A DNA stretch of 64,000 bases, taken from the IMG/VR virus record IMGVR_UViG_3300021964_009390, positions 1 to 64,000 of that record. One strand, written 5' to 3'. Every line of letters begins with the position of its first letter. Positions within the stretch are counted from its first letter, which is position 1. Shown one piece after another: positions 49,004 to 58,512 of this stretch. The notes under the pieces were generated by a model. The model was not told the origin of the DNA. It saw only the letters and a list, made by a program, of their open reading frames with translations, and did no database searches. The position numbers and the translations under genes are program-made.

Positions 49004-51052
49004 ATGAAAATAATACACCATGTCACTATGTGGGCCATGTCAGTAGGTACAGTTACCGGTGGAGAGTTGTGGTTCAACAACGGAAAAATGCTAGAAGGAG
49101 AAATACTAGAAGCGAACAACACTCACGTACTGTTCGCGCGCGCGTCCGATCTACAACAATTCAGATTCAGCAAAGAGCTACTGACACTAGACAGTCAAAA
49201 ATTAATAGAGCTATATTATAACACAAACAGATATGGTGAAATTCCACAGGTCAAAACACCGTTAGACGATCGAACATTACAAATCTACACCAATCGTATA
49301 GATCAATTGATCGAGAACCGTTTGAGAGGCCTGAAAAAGAGACCCACTGCAAAAGCTGATGATAATACATGGGTGAGAAGGGTGTATTTGACCACGATTG
49401 GTCGTATACCCAATAGACAAGAGGTCGCGGAGTATCTGAACGATAGAGACTCTCAAAAGAGGGACAAACTGATACAGAAGCTGCTGTCTGGTCCCGGTCA
49501 TGTGACACATCAATTGAACTGGCTGAGCGATTTGTTACGAGTCAAAGATCGTCTGGACGGAGTCAACATAAACGTAGGTGGTGTATACAGGGAATGGCTC
49601 CGACAGCAATTGCAAAACAATGTACCGTGGGACCAGTTTGTGAGAAGTTTGTTGGATAGTGAGGGTGATTTATTCGGTAACAATCCGGCCGCCGGTTATT
49701 ATCTACGAGACAGAGGCATGCAACAAGACAACATAGCGCACACTGTACAAATATTTTTAGGTACACGTCTCGAATGCGCCATGTGTCACAACCACCCGTT
49801 CGACAGATGGACACAAAAAGAGTTTTACGAGATGACCGCATTCACTAGCGGTGTTGGGGGAGTGACTAGAAGCGCTAGGAGGCAACCGTTGAGAGATTTG
49901 AATAGAATGATAAGCAGAGATGGTACACCCCTTGCAGGTAAGTTACAAAATTGGAGAAACGTAGTGAGAGATTCTATACAGTTTGGTGTAGACACAAACG
50001 GTACTGGTAAAATAAAATTGACAGATGAGTTTATGGAAAATGATGCCAAGCCAGGCGACACACTACATGCTAAAGCCATGTTCACACCACATACCTACAT
50101 AGACCCTGAGGATAAAAACCCTAGAAGTCTCACCATACTGGCAAAATGGTTGACTGATCGGAACAACCCGCGGTTCACCACCGTGATAGCCAATAGATTG
50201 TGGAAGAACGTATTTGGTGTAGGTGTAATAGAACCAGTCGACAATTTTATGGATAGCACCATCCCGGAAAACACAGACCTCATGTGGTTTATTGAAAGAA
50301 TATTAGTTAGTGTCAATTATGACATGAGAGAATTCCAACGAGTGTTGTTGAATACCAAGCTGTTCTCTAGAGAGAGCAAACCGACTGATTACGAGAGTCT
50401 GGAAACTTATGATTTTTCTGGACCAGTGTTACGTCGAATGACCGGTGAGCAACTATGGGATTCATTGGTCACTCTAGTATACAACAACATAGACACGAGT
50501 GACAGAGTGTACATACAAAATCAGTCTGCTGTGTATGTGAACATATACAACAAGTACAAGGATTGGAACGGTACAGCCATATATCAAGACCTGGTTCGGA
50601 TAGCTCAAGCCAACCCAGATCAGAGACGGTTGGAAGATTCATTCAAACAAGAGTCTAGCGACGTGAAACCGATACCAGACAGAGGTCTGATTCGAAGCAG
50701 CTATTTGTCGTATCCAGCACCAGGGGGTCACTTGATAAGGCAGTTTGGTGGTAGTGATAAATTGGCAATTGAGAACAGCAACAGTGAACCAAACACAACA
50801 CAAGTGTTAAACTTGTTGAACGGATTTGTAGAGAAAAATATATTGAACAACAAAAAGGCGGATTTTATCAAAAGCATGCAAGCTGAGAAAAACTCGGTCA
50901 AGCAAATTGAAGATGTGTACATGTCTGTGTTGGCACGTAAACCAACCAGTCAAGAGTTACGTGAGCTGAAAGATATACTAAAAGAAGAGAATGGATACAA
51001 ACACGTCGCATGGATATTGCTCAACACCCACGAGTTTATGTTTATACAGTAA
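49004..51052 (+). CDS. DUF1549/DUF1553 (PSD1/PSD2) protein with N-terminal signal and SHD1-like domain
   Basis: ADD.TWVRRVYL..IGRIP, FLGTRLECAMCHNHPFDRWTQKEFY, NPRFTTVIANRLW, RRMTGEQLWDS, QVL.LLN, W.LLNT.EF.F. Confidence 0.9.
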   Translation: MKIIHHVTMWAMSVGTVTGGELWFNNGKMLEGEILEANNTHVLFARASDLQQFRFSKELLTLDSQKLIELYYNTNRYGEIPQVKTPLDDRTLQIYTNRIDQLIENRLRGLKKRPTAKADDNTWVRRVYLTTIGRIPNRQEVAEYLNDRDSQKRDKLIQKLLSGPGHVTHQLNWLSDLLRVKDRLDGVNINVGGVYREWLRQQLQNNVPWDQFVRSLLDSEGDLFGNNPAAGYYLRDRGMQQDNIAHTVQIFLGTRLECAMCHNHPFDRWTQKEFYEMTAFTSGVGGVTRSARRQPLRDLNRMISRDGTPLAGKLQNWRNVVRDSIQFGVDTNGTGKIKLTDEFMENDAKPGDTLHAKAMFTPHTYIDPEDKNPRSLTILAKWLTDRNNPRFTTVIANRLWKNVFGVGVIEPVDNFMDSTIPENTDLMWFIERILVSVNYDMREFQRVLLNTKLFSRESKPTDYESLETYDFSGPVLRRMTGEQLWDSLVTLVYNNIDTSDRVYIQNQSAVYVNIYNKYKDWNGTAIYQDLVRIAQANPDQRRLEDSFKQESSDVKPIPDRGLIRSSYLSYPAPGGHLIRQFGGSDKLAIENSNSEPNTTQVLNLLNGFVEKNILNNKKADFIKSMQAEKNSVKQIEDVYMSVLARKPTSQELRELKDILKEENGYKHVAWILLNTHEFMFIQ

Positions 51053-51071
51053 ATTGAATCAAATTAGTACC

Positions 51072-51497
51072 ATGAAAAAACACGACAGTATAGATGCATC
51101 AATATTAAAAACATTACCTAACCCAACCACTGGTGCATATGAAATTAAAATAAAAATCCCAGAATTTACATTTTTAGGGGTCAAAGAACAACCGGATTTC
51201 GCAGATACATACCTGAGTTTTTACCCTAAAGACAAAATAATTGAGTTGAAAAGCCTTAAACAATATGTGTACCAATTGAGAGATATTGTTGTTTCATACG
51301 AGAGGTTGATTAATGTATTTTACGATCACGTAATGGGTGTTTATCAGCCTGAGAGACTTAGGGTTGTAATGGTGTTTAACCCGCGTGGTGGTATAACATC
51401 GAAATTGACTATAGATTCTGATTGGTCAGTCAGAGGCGGTGAAGAAAAATTTAAAGACTGGACTAACAAAAACGAACAGTGGAACATAACACTATAA
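51072..51497 (+). CDS. QueF type I-fold protein lacking the catalytic Cys
   Basis: LPNP..YEI.I..PEFTFLGVKEQPDFA..ELKSLK.Y....SYE..RGGI. The canonical CP..G.PDF is replaced. Confidence 0.75.
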   Translation: MKKHDSIDASILKTLPNPTTGAYEIKIKIPEFTFLGVKEQPDFADTYLSFYPKDKIIELKSLKQYVYQLRDIVVSYERLINVFYDHVMGVYQPERLRVVMVFNPRGGITSKLTIDSDWSVRGGEEKFKDWTNKNEQWNITL

Positions 51498-51505
51498 TAG
51501 TGTAA

Positions 51506-51907
51506 ATGGATAAAGATCTCCCGGATAATGTAGCGCCGAACCCACACTCACTACCATATGCGAGTAATATAGGTGCACCAGTAATTAAACCGGACCATAG
51601 TATCACTGGATGGAAGCATGGAGCAGTACACTCAGCTAACAAACACTACCAGGACCGGTTTGATGAATTGAAAAAACAATTCGAACAGCTAGCAGAAGAT
51701 TTTAAATGGAACGATATAATGTTCAACGCCGATTTTCGCTTGAAGCCAGTTATAGGTAACACATATTATTTGTACAAGAGACCCAGTCAGAACAAACACT
51801 ACATATCGTTGTTCGCCCCGCAGGAACGTGTTGGAGGATATGACAACTATGTAGGCGCTTTCCGCTTAAACTATGACAACAGGTGGGAAAAAATTACAAA
51901 TGATTAG
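51506..51907 (+). CDS. DUF2452-like protein
   Basis: LPYASNIGAP.I, F...PVIG.TYYLY.R, G.FRLN.D..W. Confidence 0.65.
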   Translation: MDKDLPDNVAPNPHSLPYASNIGAPVIKPDHSITGWKHGAVHSANKHYQDRFDELKKQFEQLAEDFKWNDIMFNADFRLKPVIGNTYYLYKRPSQNKHYISLFAPQERVGGYDNYVGAFRLNYDNRWEKITND

Positions 51908-52874
51908 CTAGCAATCTACGTGCTTGTTTCTCTTCATGCTCAATCATAAGATTGATCGCGTAGTCTTTTTGTTTGAGTTCGATGTCCCAGTCAATATGCA
52001 TGTTCTCTGTATAGAAACTCTCGTGTTTGTGTCGCCACAACGCTGGTGAATCAATAGCAAAATCTGTATGGGCTCGTGGGTTACCATTGGCACCACCCTC
52101 ACTGTAATGAAACAATGGATTCACATCATGAGCTTTCCATGTACTAGCACACACTCGGAACGCCTCTTTAGCGCCCCACGTACCTGGGTTACATGCATGA
52201 TGCAAGTTGTCAAATGTGATGGGTATACCAGTCTCTAGATGGATCAGCTCGAACAACATGTCGGGTGTCCATAGACCTTTGTCTTCGTTCTCTAGCACTA
52301 GCCGAGATTTGACTCGATCCGGAAGCTTGTGGTAGTTAGTTATGAATTCAGCAGCTATAGTTTCTGCATCACCGGTACTGCGACTCATGTGTATATTCAA
52401 GGGATACCAGTAAGATCTACTGTGTTCACCTGCCATACGATCCAGCAGCCATGCATGATGGTCCAACTCATTTATGGTGCGTCTCACAACTTCTGGATTG
52501 GCGCTACACAACACATTGAAATGATCCGGATGAAAACTGACACGAAAATCTTTGGGAGACTGTCTGGTCACAAAATGTTGTATCTCTGCAAACTTGTCGT
52601 CAATCAACGTGGCGTTAGGTAGGTCTCGTAAACCAACGTTGGCTTTGTCAAGATTGAACAACGGAAACAGCGTGCTACTGATTCGATAACCCCAGCCGTT
52701 ACTGAGCGCGAACCGCATGGTTTCGAGAGTGGTTGTGAGATTCTCTAGTGCACGTTCTCCTAGGATCTCTAGAGCATCCACACGTTCATGTTTCTCGAAC
52801 TGAGTGAATCTGAACGCGCGATGGTTAAATCCTTGTTTTTTTAACGCTAAACTAATGCAACATAGGTTATACAT
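51894..52874 (-). CDS. uvsE: UV damage endonuclease
   Basis: YRISS.LFP, RVSFHPDHFNVL.S, LNIH, RLVLENED, TFDNLHH, HYSE. Confidence 0.9.
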   Translation of the reverse strand: MYNLCCISLALKKQGFNHRAFRFTQFEKHERVDALEILGERALENLTTTLETMRFALSNGWGYRISSTLFPLFNLDKANVGLRDLPNATLIDDKFAEIQHFVTRQSPKDFRVSFHPDHFNVLCSANPEVVRRTINELDHHAWLLDRMAGEHSRSYWYPLNIHMSRSTGDAETIAAEFITNYHKLPDRVKSRLVLENEDKGLWTPDMLFELIHLETGIPITFDNLHHACNPGTWGAKEAFRVCASTWKAHDVNPLFHYSEGGANGNPRAHTDFAIDSPALWRHKHESFYTENMHIDWDIELKQKDYAINLMIEHEEKQARRLLANHL

Positions 52875-52887
52875 AATAAATAAGTAT

Positions 52888-53418
52888 ATGAGCATAAACC
52901 AAGACACGCAACTAATATGGGAGAATTACAACTATTCATTCGACAAAGATTCCATGATAAATCACGCGGTAAAAATGCACCAGAAACATGGTGCTGGGAT
53001 TGACGAGATAAAAGAAACATTGATGGCTGCGGCGATGTCCGGTGGTCCGGAACAAGCACATCATGTGGCGCAGTATTTAAAAAGTGATGAATTCACTAAC
53101 GAACTTAAAAATCGTTTACAGTCTCTAGATGATGAGATGATGCACGAGGAGCTTGACCGAGGAGACGAAGCTGGTGATTATACTGCGTTTTTGAAGGAGA
53201 TGGCACGAGAGCTGGTGAGAAACGACATGCCGGAGGAGGAAGCAATGGAAATTGTGTTGAGTCATCCATTTGAAGAAACATACGGTGAATATTTGAGAGT
53301 CAGAGGAGCAGCCGGTGTATACACAGCCGCTCAAAAGCACAAAGAACTAGCGGAAAAGTCCGGATATTACCATGAGGTTGACATGAACATGTTACAAAAT
53401 TGGAAGTATGTTAGCTAG
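52888..53418 (+). CDS. Putative virion protein (DTQLIWENY N-terminus)
   Basis: Late motif 5 nt upstream. Confidence 0.6.
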   Translation: MSINQDTQLIWENYNYSFDKDSMINHAVKMHQKHGAGIDEIKETLMAAAMSGGPEQAHHVAQYLKSDEFTNELKNRLQSLDDEMMHEELDRGDEAGDYTAFLKEMARELVRNDMPEEEAMEIVLSHPFEETYGEYLRVRGAAGVYTAAQKHKELAEKSGYYHEVDMNMLQNWKYVS

Positions 53419-54383
53419 TCTATATAATATTTAATTGTACTTTCTAACAGCTCATCAAAATTAGCGCTTGAAGACCAACCAAGTTCAGTCTTCAATTTGT
53501 TACAATCAACCGCGTACCGGTAGTCATGCCCCTTACGATCCGTTACAAATGTAATTTGCTGTTTATATGACATACCATCTTGTTTAGGTCTCAATCTATC
53601 TAGCAACCCACATATTTTGCTCACAAGGTCAATGTTACTCATCTCATGATCACCTCCAATATTATATGTTTCCCCGGTCAAACCTTTACGAAAGACCAGC
53701 TCGATGGCTCGGCAATGGTCTAATACATACAACCAGTCTCGTATGTTTTTACCGTCACCATACACTGGTATATTCCCACCTGTTAACGCGGTTTTCACCA
53801 CTGTAGGTATCAATTTTTCTACATGTTGATGGGGTCCAAAATTGTTACTACAACTGGTGATGACTGTGTCAATTCCATATGTACGTTGATAACTACGCAC
53901 CATCAAACCACCACTCGCTTTGCTGGCGCTGTAAGGGCTGTTAGGCGCAACTGGTGTATCCTCTGTGAACATACCTGTGTCACCTAAAGTACCATATACT
54001 TCATCGGTACTTACATAGTGAAACCTACCGGTACAATATTTCCGGAATGCTTCTAGTAACACTCCTGTACCATTCACATTTGTGGTGACAAATTGCAAAG
54101 GGTCTTCGATAGAGTTATCCACGTGACTCTCAGCCGCTAGATGTATGATAGAATCTATACCGTACTGTTGGATGGTGTATTCAACTTGCTGAGCATTGCA
54201 TATGTCACCTTTGACAAATGTGTATCTACCATTCAATTTGACTGAATCTAAATTGCTCAAGTCTCCTGCGTATGTCAGCTTGTCATAATTAACAAACCAC
54301 ATGTCATTACTATTGTTGATCAAATGCAATATCAAATTACTACCAATAAAACCGCACCCTCCAGTGATTAAAACATGTTTCAT
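53415..54383 (-). CDS. rmlB: dTDP-glucose 4,6-dehydratase
   Basis: ITGGCGFIGSN, DKLTYAG, HLAAESHVD, VSTDEVYG, YSASKAS, YGDG.NIRDWLYV, DRKGHD.RY. Confidence 0.95.
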   Translation of the reverse strand: MKHVLITGGCGFIGSNLILHLINNSNDMWFVNYDKLTYAGDLSNLDSVKLNGRYTFVKGDICNAQQVEYTIQQYGIDSIIHLAAESHVDNSIEDPLQFVTTNVNGTGVLLEAFRKYCTGRFHYVSTDEVYGTLGDTGMFTEDTPVAPNSPYSASKASGGLMVRSYQRTYGIDTVITSCSNNFGPHQHVEKLIPTVVKTALTGGNIPVYGDGKNIRDWLYVLDHCRAIELVFRKGLTGETYNIGGDHEMSNIDLVSKICGLLDRLRPKQDGMSYKQQITFVTDRKGHDYRYAVDCNKLKTELGWSSSANFDELLESTIKYYID

Positions 54384-54396
54384 AATAAATATATGT

Positions 54397-54918
54397 ATGT
54401 TAGAACGATTCGATAATCTATATGAAAAGCACCTTCCGGAGGAAAAAAAGAAAGGTTTAGACGGCAAAGCATGTTGGAAAGGATATCGACAACAGGGCAC
54501 CAAAAAGAAGGGTAACAAAACTGTCGACAACTGCGTGAAGGTCGGTGAGGGTTTATGGGCCAATATAAACAAGAAAAATAAGTCCGGTCGTAAATCAGCC
54601 AGCAAAGGAAGCAAAGCCTACAAAGCCGCTGTCAAAGCCGGAGACAAGCTAGAAGCCACCAAGGAAAGTATTGCTGCTGAGAAAAATGCACAATGCACTG
54701 GACCTACTAAAAAAGCCAGTAGCACCAGCAAAGGTAAAAAATGGATGAAATGTGTGAAAAGTGACAGCGGTGGTTACAAACGTATACACTGGGGTCAAAA
54801 AGGAGTCAAAGTGAGCGGCAAAGCAAACACCAAAAGACGTAAAAGCTTCAGAGCTCGTCACAAATGTAGCACGGCCAAAAGCAACACACCACGCGGACAA
54901 GCATGCAAGGACTGGTAG
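54397..54918 (+). CDS. Basic modular putative virion protein
   Basis: CWKGY..GTKKKG..VDNCV and GLWANIN modules; Lys-rich. Confidence 0.65.
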   Translation: MLERFDNLYEKHLPEEKKKGLDGKACWKGYRQQGTKKKGNKTVDNCVKVGEGLWANINKKNKSGRKSASKGSKAYKAAVKAGDKLEATKESIAAEKNAQCTGPTKKASSTSKGKKWMKCVKSDSGGYKRIHWGQKGVKVSGKANTKRRKSFRARHKCSTAKSNTPRGQACKDW

Positions 54919-55538
54919 TAACAGACGCTAGATTGCATGAGCAACCTCATTGCGAAAAAGCAGTAGCCGACTACACACCCACATTGCAAGATGTGGCCAT
55001 ATTCGATCAGAACGGATATGACATGTGCCCGGTGGAGCTGGAATATGCAAAAGCGAACGGTTTCATACACAGCAATCATCGTGTGAGTCACATAGCGTTA
55101 AGACAGGAGTGGATGACACATGAACCGGTCACAATAGGAGCACACTTCAATCATTGCAATCTATTCGAGCGCAAAGGGTACACAGGAGAAGCTAGACAAC
55201 AGCTGCACACATGGAGCAAACACAACGCGCTTGTGTGGAAGATAATAAAAATTCGTCCAAAATGGGGATTAGACTTCAGTGTAGATTATGCAGACAACGA
55301 TGGTAATGTGTTCGAGGTGTTACACTGGGAATGGGACAGCTTCGACTACAACGAAGTGAGACAGAAGCGAGACAAATACGAACCTTTCTTGTTAAGTACA
55401 GACTGGGATGACGCGGCTAAACAATTGTTGAAACGTAAAGACGAATGGCATTCATTAGATTTCTTTGCACAAAGTGACTGGAAGTGTAAATACTTTGGAA
55501 TAGAACCAGAACAATTTAAAATGGTATTATGGCAATAG
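54903..55538 (+). CDS. Conserved phage hypothetical protein
   Basis: FDQNGYD, FERKGY and PKWGLDFSVDY recognised as T4-like accessory motifs. Confidence 0.6.
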   Translation: MQGLVVTDARLHEQPHCEKAVADYTPTLQDVAIFDQNGYDMCPVELEYAKANGFIHSNHRVSHIALRQEWMTHEPVTIGAHFNHCNLFERKGYTGEARQQLHTWSKHNALVWKIIKIRPKWGLDFSVDYADNDGNVFEVLHWEWDSFDYNEVRQKRDKYEPFLLSTDWDDAAKQLLKRKDEWHSLDFFAQSDWKCKYFGIEPEQFKMVLWQ

Positions 55539-55948
55539 AACAAGAACATCAAGACGAATCAATACGCCCATGGGGTCATTACGAGATCCTGTTGGATGAA
55601 GAGTATTGCAAAGTGAAACGTATATATGTGAAGCCCGGTCAACGTCTGAGTTATCAGTATCATCACAAGAGGCAGGAAGCATGGACCGTGGTGAGCGGAG
55701 TCGCTAGAATCACCTTGAACGGTAACACAAGCGATTATGAACCAGGTCAAACTGTGTTGATACCACTAGGTGCTAAACATCGCATGGCCAACCCAGCAGA
55801 AGATCAGGACATGATACTGATCGAGGTGCAAACGGGTACATATTTTGGTGAGGATGACATAGTGAGAGTAGAAGATGACTACGATCGTCCGAAGAAACAT
55901 GTCAATGTGTGGAAACCTAAATGGGAATGGACAGATGAGGACCTTTAA
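55529..55948 (+). CDS. Mannose-6-phosphate isomerase type II-like cupin
   Basis: RPWGHY, VKRIYVKPGQRLSYQYHHKRQEAW, IEVQTG.YFGEDDIVR. Confidence 0.88.
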   Translation: MAIEQEHQDESIRPWGHYEILLDEEYCKVKRIYVKPGQRLSYQYHHKRQEAWTVVSGVARITLNGNTSDYEPGQTVLIPLGAKHRMANPAEDQDMILIEVQTGTYFGEDDIVRVEDDYDRPKKHVNVWKPKWEWTDEDL

Positions 55949-56381
55949 AAAATTTCATGAAAACCGAGAGGGTTGCCCAAAAGCAACACAGGACCTAGAA
56001 CTGAACACCAAGAACAGGAACGCCACAAGAGAAAACCACATGTACGGTCCGTTGAACCCGGCCATGCCCAGCAAAGATTACTGGCAAAAGATCGCTGACA
56101 AATGGGGCTCTAGTGTGGAAGAGGCCATGAACAGTCGATGTGCCAATTGTGTAGCGTTTGACAAATCCCCTCGTATGAAAGATTGCTTACCGATGTCTGA
56201 CGAGAAGATGCATTGGTCATATCACGACATGCCGGGGTTCGATCAAGACCCAGAGTTTGGCTATTGCTGGATGCATCACTTCAAATGTTTCAACGGCCGG
56301 ACTTGTGACACCTGGGCCACCGGCGGGCCTATAACAGATGATGAAACATCTAAAAAGTGGCAAGAAAAAAACCAGTCATGA
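55935..56381 (+). CDS. Putative virion protein (MRTFKKFHE N-terminus), Cys-rich
   Basis: CPKATQD, YGPLNP, CANCVAFD. Confidence 0.6.
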   Translation: MRTFKKFHENREGCPKATQDLELNTKNRNATRENHMYGPLNPAMPSKDYWQKIADKWGSSVEEAMNSRCANCVAFDKSPRMKDCLPMSDEKMHWSYHDMPGFDQDPEFGYCWMHHFKCFNGRTCDTWATGGPITDDETSKKWQEKNQS

Positions 56382-57604
56382 AAACGTTCAAACAATTTTT
56401 TTACGAAAACAGAGAGTATCAAGTAGATGACTTTCAGCAAGAAGAATATCTAGAGTATCAGAGCGAGTTTGTATATGATTATGAAGCCATGATGGGCTTA
56501 CCACATGATAAACTAGCCAGTATCATAACCAAAGCCGGTAACAAACGTTTCTCTGCAACCATTGATGGTGTGGATCCATCTGTTGATGGTACTGAGCATT
56601 ATTATGTCGTTACTGATCGTGACGTGTTGAAAAATATAGCGTCATTGATTGCTAGTACAGGTGAGCCACATCATGAGGAATTCGCCATGGGTGTTGGTAC
56701 TGGTGATAGTTTTGAATTCATGGTACGTTTACCCAAATCCGGTTTCACCGGTGAAGAGATTGGTGACATGCAAGTGTTTCTTGTAACACCAGGAGGTTCT
56801 GATCAGCTACATGCACTACTATCTCAAGTGAGAGAAGGTTTATGGACCAACATCAACGCCAAGAAAAAACGCGGAGGCAAGAGTGCCAAGAAAGGCAGCA
56901 AAGCTTACAAAGCAGCCAAGAAAGCTGGTGACAAGCTAGAAGCCACAAAAGAAAGTGTATGGAAACCGGGAGATTTAGGTGTTCAGAATTGGGGTGAGTA
57001 TGAAGCAGGTGGTCGGCATGCTGAACTAGGAGCCATCGAACCTCATATGGAGAAAATCCCAGGTCCGGATCGTGTGGTAGCGCACATGAACGGATTGCAG
57101 AATGAATACATGAGAGTGTTAAAAACCCGGAAATCCAACCCAGATGTGAAGGACAACTACAAGTATGTCCGCAACAATATAGATCAAGCCATACAGATGA
57201 TGAATCAGACGACAGGTGGAGAAACCGAATCAAGAAGAAGCATCATACAAGACATCCACATTGCAGGATTTGCAGCACGTAGATACATACGAGCAATTGA
57301 ATCAGGTGAAACTAATCAAGCTTATTACAAGAGATTGTTGAATCATCTGCGTGACGCGGCTGATGCCATGGAGGGATTGATCGAACAAGAGGTTGAAGGA
57401 GAACTTGGTGGATGGAATGTCAATGAAAATTTCAAGGACGGCAAGAAAAAAGGCAAGAGCCGTCCGGGTCGAGTCAAAAGAGCCGGGGCCAGTTGCAACG
57501 GCAGCGTCACAAGTTTACGTAAAAAGGCCAAAGCCGGTGGTGAGAAGGGCAAGATGTACCACTGGTGCGCCAACATGAAGAGTGGGAGGAAGAAGAAAAA
57601 ATAA
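56378..57604 (+). CDS. Modular putative virion polyprotein (MKTFKQFFYE N-terminus)
   Basis: Acidic domains alternate with basic modules EGLWTNIN... and ENFKDGKKKG... Confidence 0.65.
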   Translation: MKTFKQFFYENREYQVDDFQQEEYLEYQSEFVYDYEAMMGLPHDKLASIITKAGNKRFSATIDGVDPSVDGTEHYYVVTDRDVLKNIASLIASTGEPHHEEFAMGVGTGDSFEFMVRLPKSGFTGEEIGDMQVFLVTPGGSDQLHALLSQVREGLWTNINAKKKRGGKSAKKGSKAYKAAKKAGDKLEATKESVWKPGDLGVQNWGEYEAGGRHAELGAIEPHMEKIPGPDRVVAHMNGLQNEYMRVLKTRKSNPDVKDNYKYVRNNIDQAIQMMNQTTGGETESRRSIIQDIHIAGFAARRYIRAIESGETNQAYYKRLLNHLRDAADAMEGLIEQEVEGELGGWNVNENFKDGKKKGKSRPGRVKRAGASCNGSVTSLRKKAKAGGEKGKMYHWCANMKSGRKKKK

Positions 57605-57667
57605 TGATTAGACCAAGTTTAATTAATACTATAAATAGTATGGAAAAAAATTGCAATATCACTTGAA

Positions 57668-58390
57668 ATGAGATCAAAAAAACATATTTTAGTTTTAGGT
57701 GACTCACATGCAAATAAGTTTTTTAGCTCTACCAAACTAGCAACCGGGGCCCAGAAACAACCGGATAGAATAATAAACGCTTTACAACCTGACTTTAGAT
57801 TCGATACCGTGGTCTGCCCGGGCGCGACTGCTCAGGGTGCAGTAAATCCTACATCCAAAACAAAAGCACTTGAAACATTTAAAAAGAAATTGAGTAAAAT
57901 AAATCCAGACGATTATGATTACATTGCAATTATGTTGGGTGAAGTAGATTGTGGTTTCGTAATTTGGTATCGTGCGGAAAAATACTCGATATCGGTTGAG
58001 GAACAATTGAATTTGTCGGTAAACAATCTGTTTGAATTTATTCGGAATGAAGTGCTTTTAAAGTTTAAACCAAAACAAGTTATCGTTATGGGAAGTGTTT
58101 TGCCTACCATAAAAGACGATCAAGATTGGGGTGAAGTTTGTCATCTTAGAAGTTCCGTAAAAGCAACTCAACTCGAAAGAACAAATTTGACACTAAGATA
58201 CAATTGTATATTGAAAGAAGAGTCGTGTAAACTAGGTTATAATTATATTGATATTACAGATGAGACAATCGATAAACATACAGGTTTAATTGGTGACAAA
58301 TACATAAATAGTAACGAATTTGACCACCACCTGCCTTTCAAAAAAACATGGAAGTTTTTTTATACCAAATTAATTAAATTAACAAAATGA
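57668..58390 (+). CDS. SGNH/GDSL-like hydrolase or acyltransferase
   Basis: LVLGDSH, G.TAQG, GEVDC, DHH. Confidence 0.65.
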   Translation: MRSKKHILVLGDSHANKFFSSTKLATGAQKQPDRIINALQPDFRFDTVVCPGATAQGAVNPTSKTKALETFKKKLSKINPDDYDYIAIMLGEVDCGFVIWYRAEKYSISVEEQLNLSVNNLFEFIRNEVLLKFKPKQVIVMGSVLPTIKDDQDWGEVCHLRSSVKATQLERTNLTLRYNCILKEESCKLGYNYIDITDETIDKHTGLIGDKYINSNEFDHHLPFKKTWKFFYTKLIKLTK

Positions 58391-58496
58391 AAACATTTAA
58401 ACAATATTAGATATGAAATACAAATTTACAAAAAATTGGTTCGATGACTCAGCAATAAAAAAAATAACATATAAGTTGCGGATTAGTCAAAATACC

Positions 58497-58504
58497 TATA
58501 AATA
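58497..58504 (+). promoter_or_regulatory. Canonical T4-type late promoter TATAAATA upstream of DUF1501
   Basis: Exact match, 8 nt before the ATG. Confidence 0.6.
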
Positions 58505-58512
58505 TATAGTAT

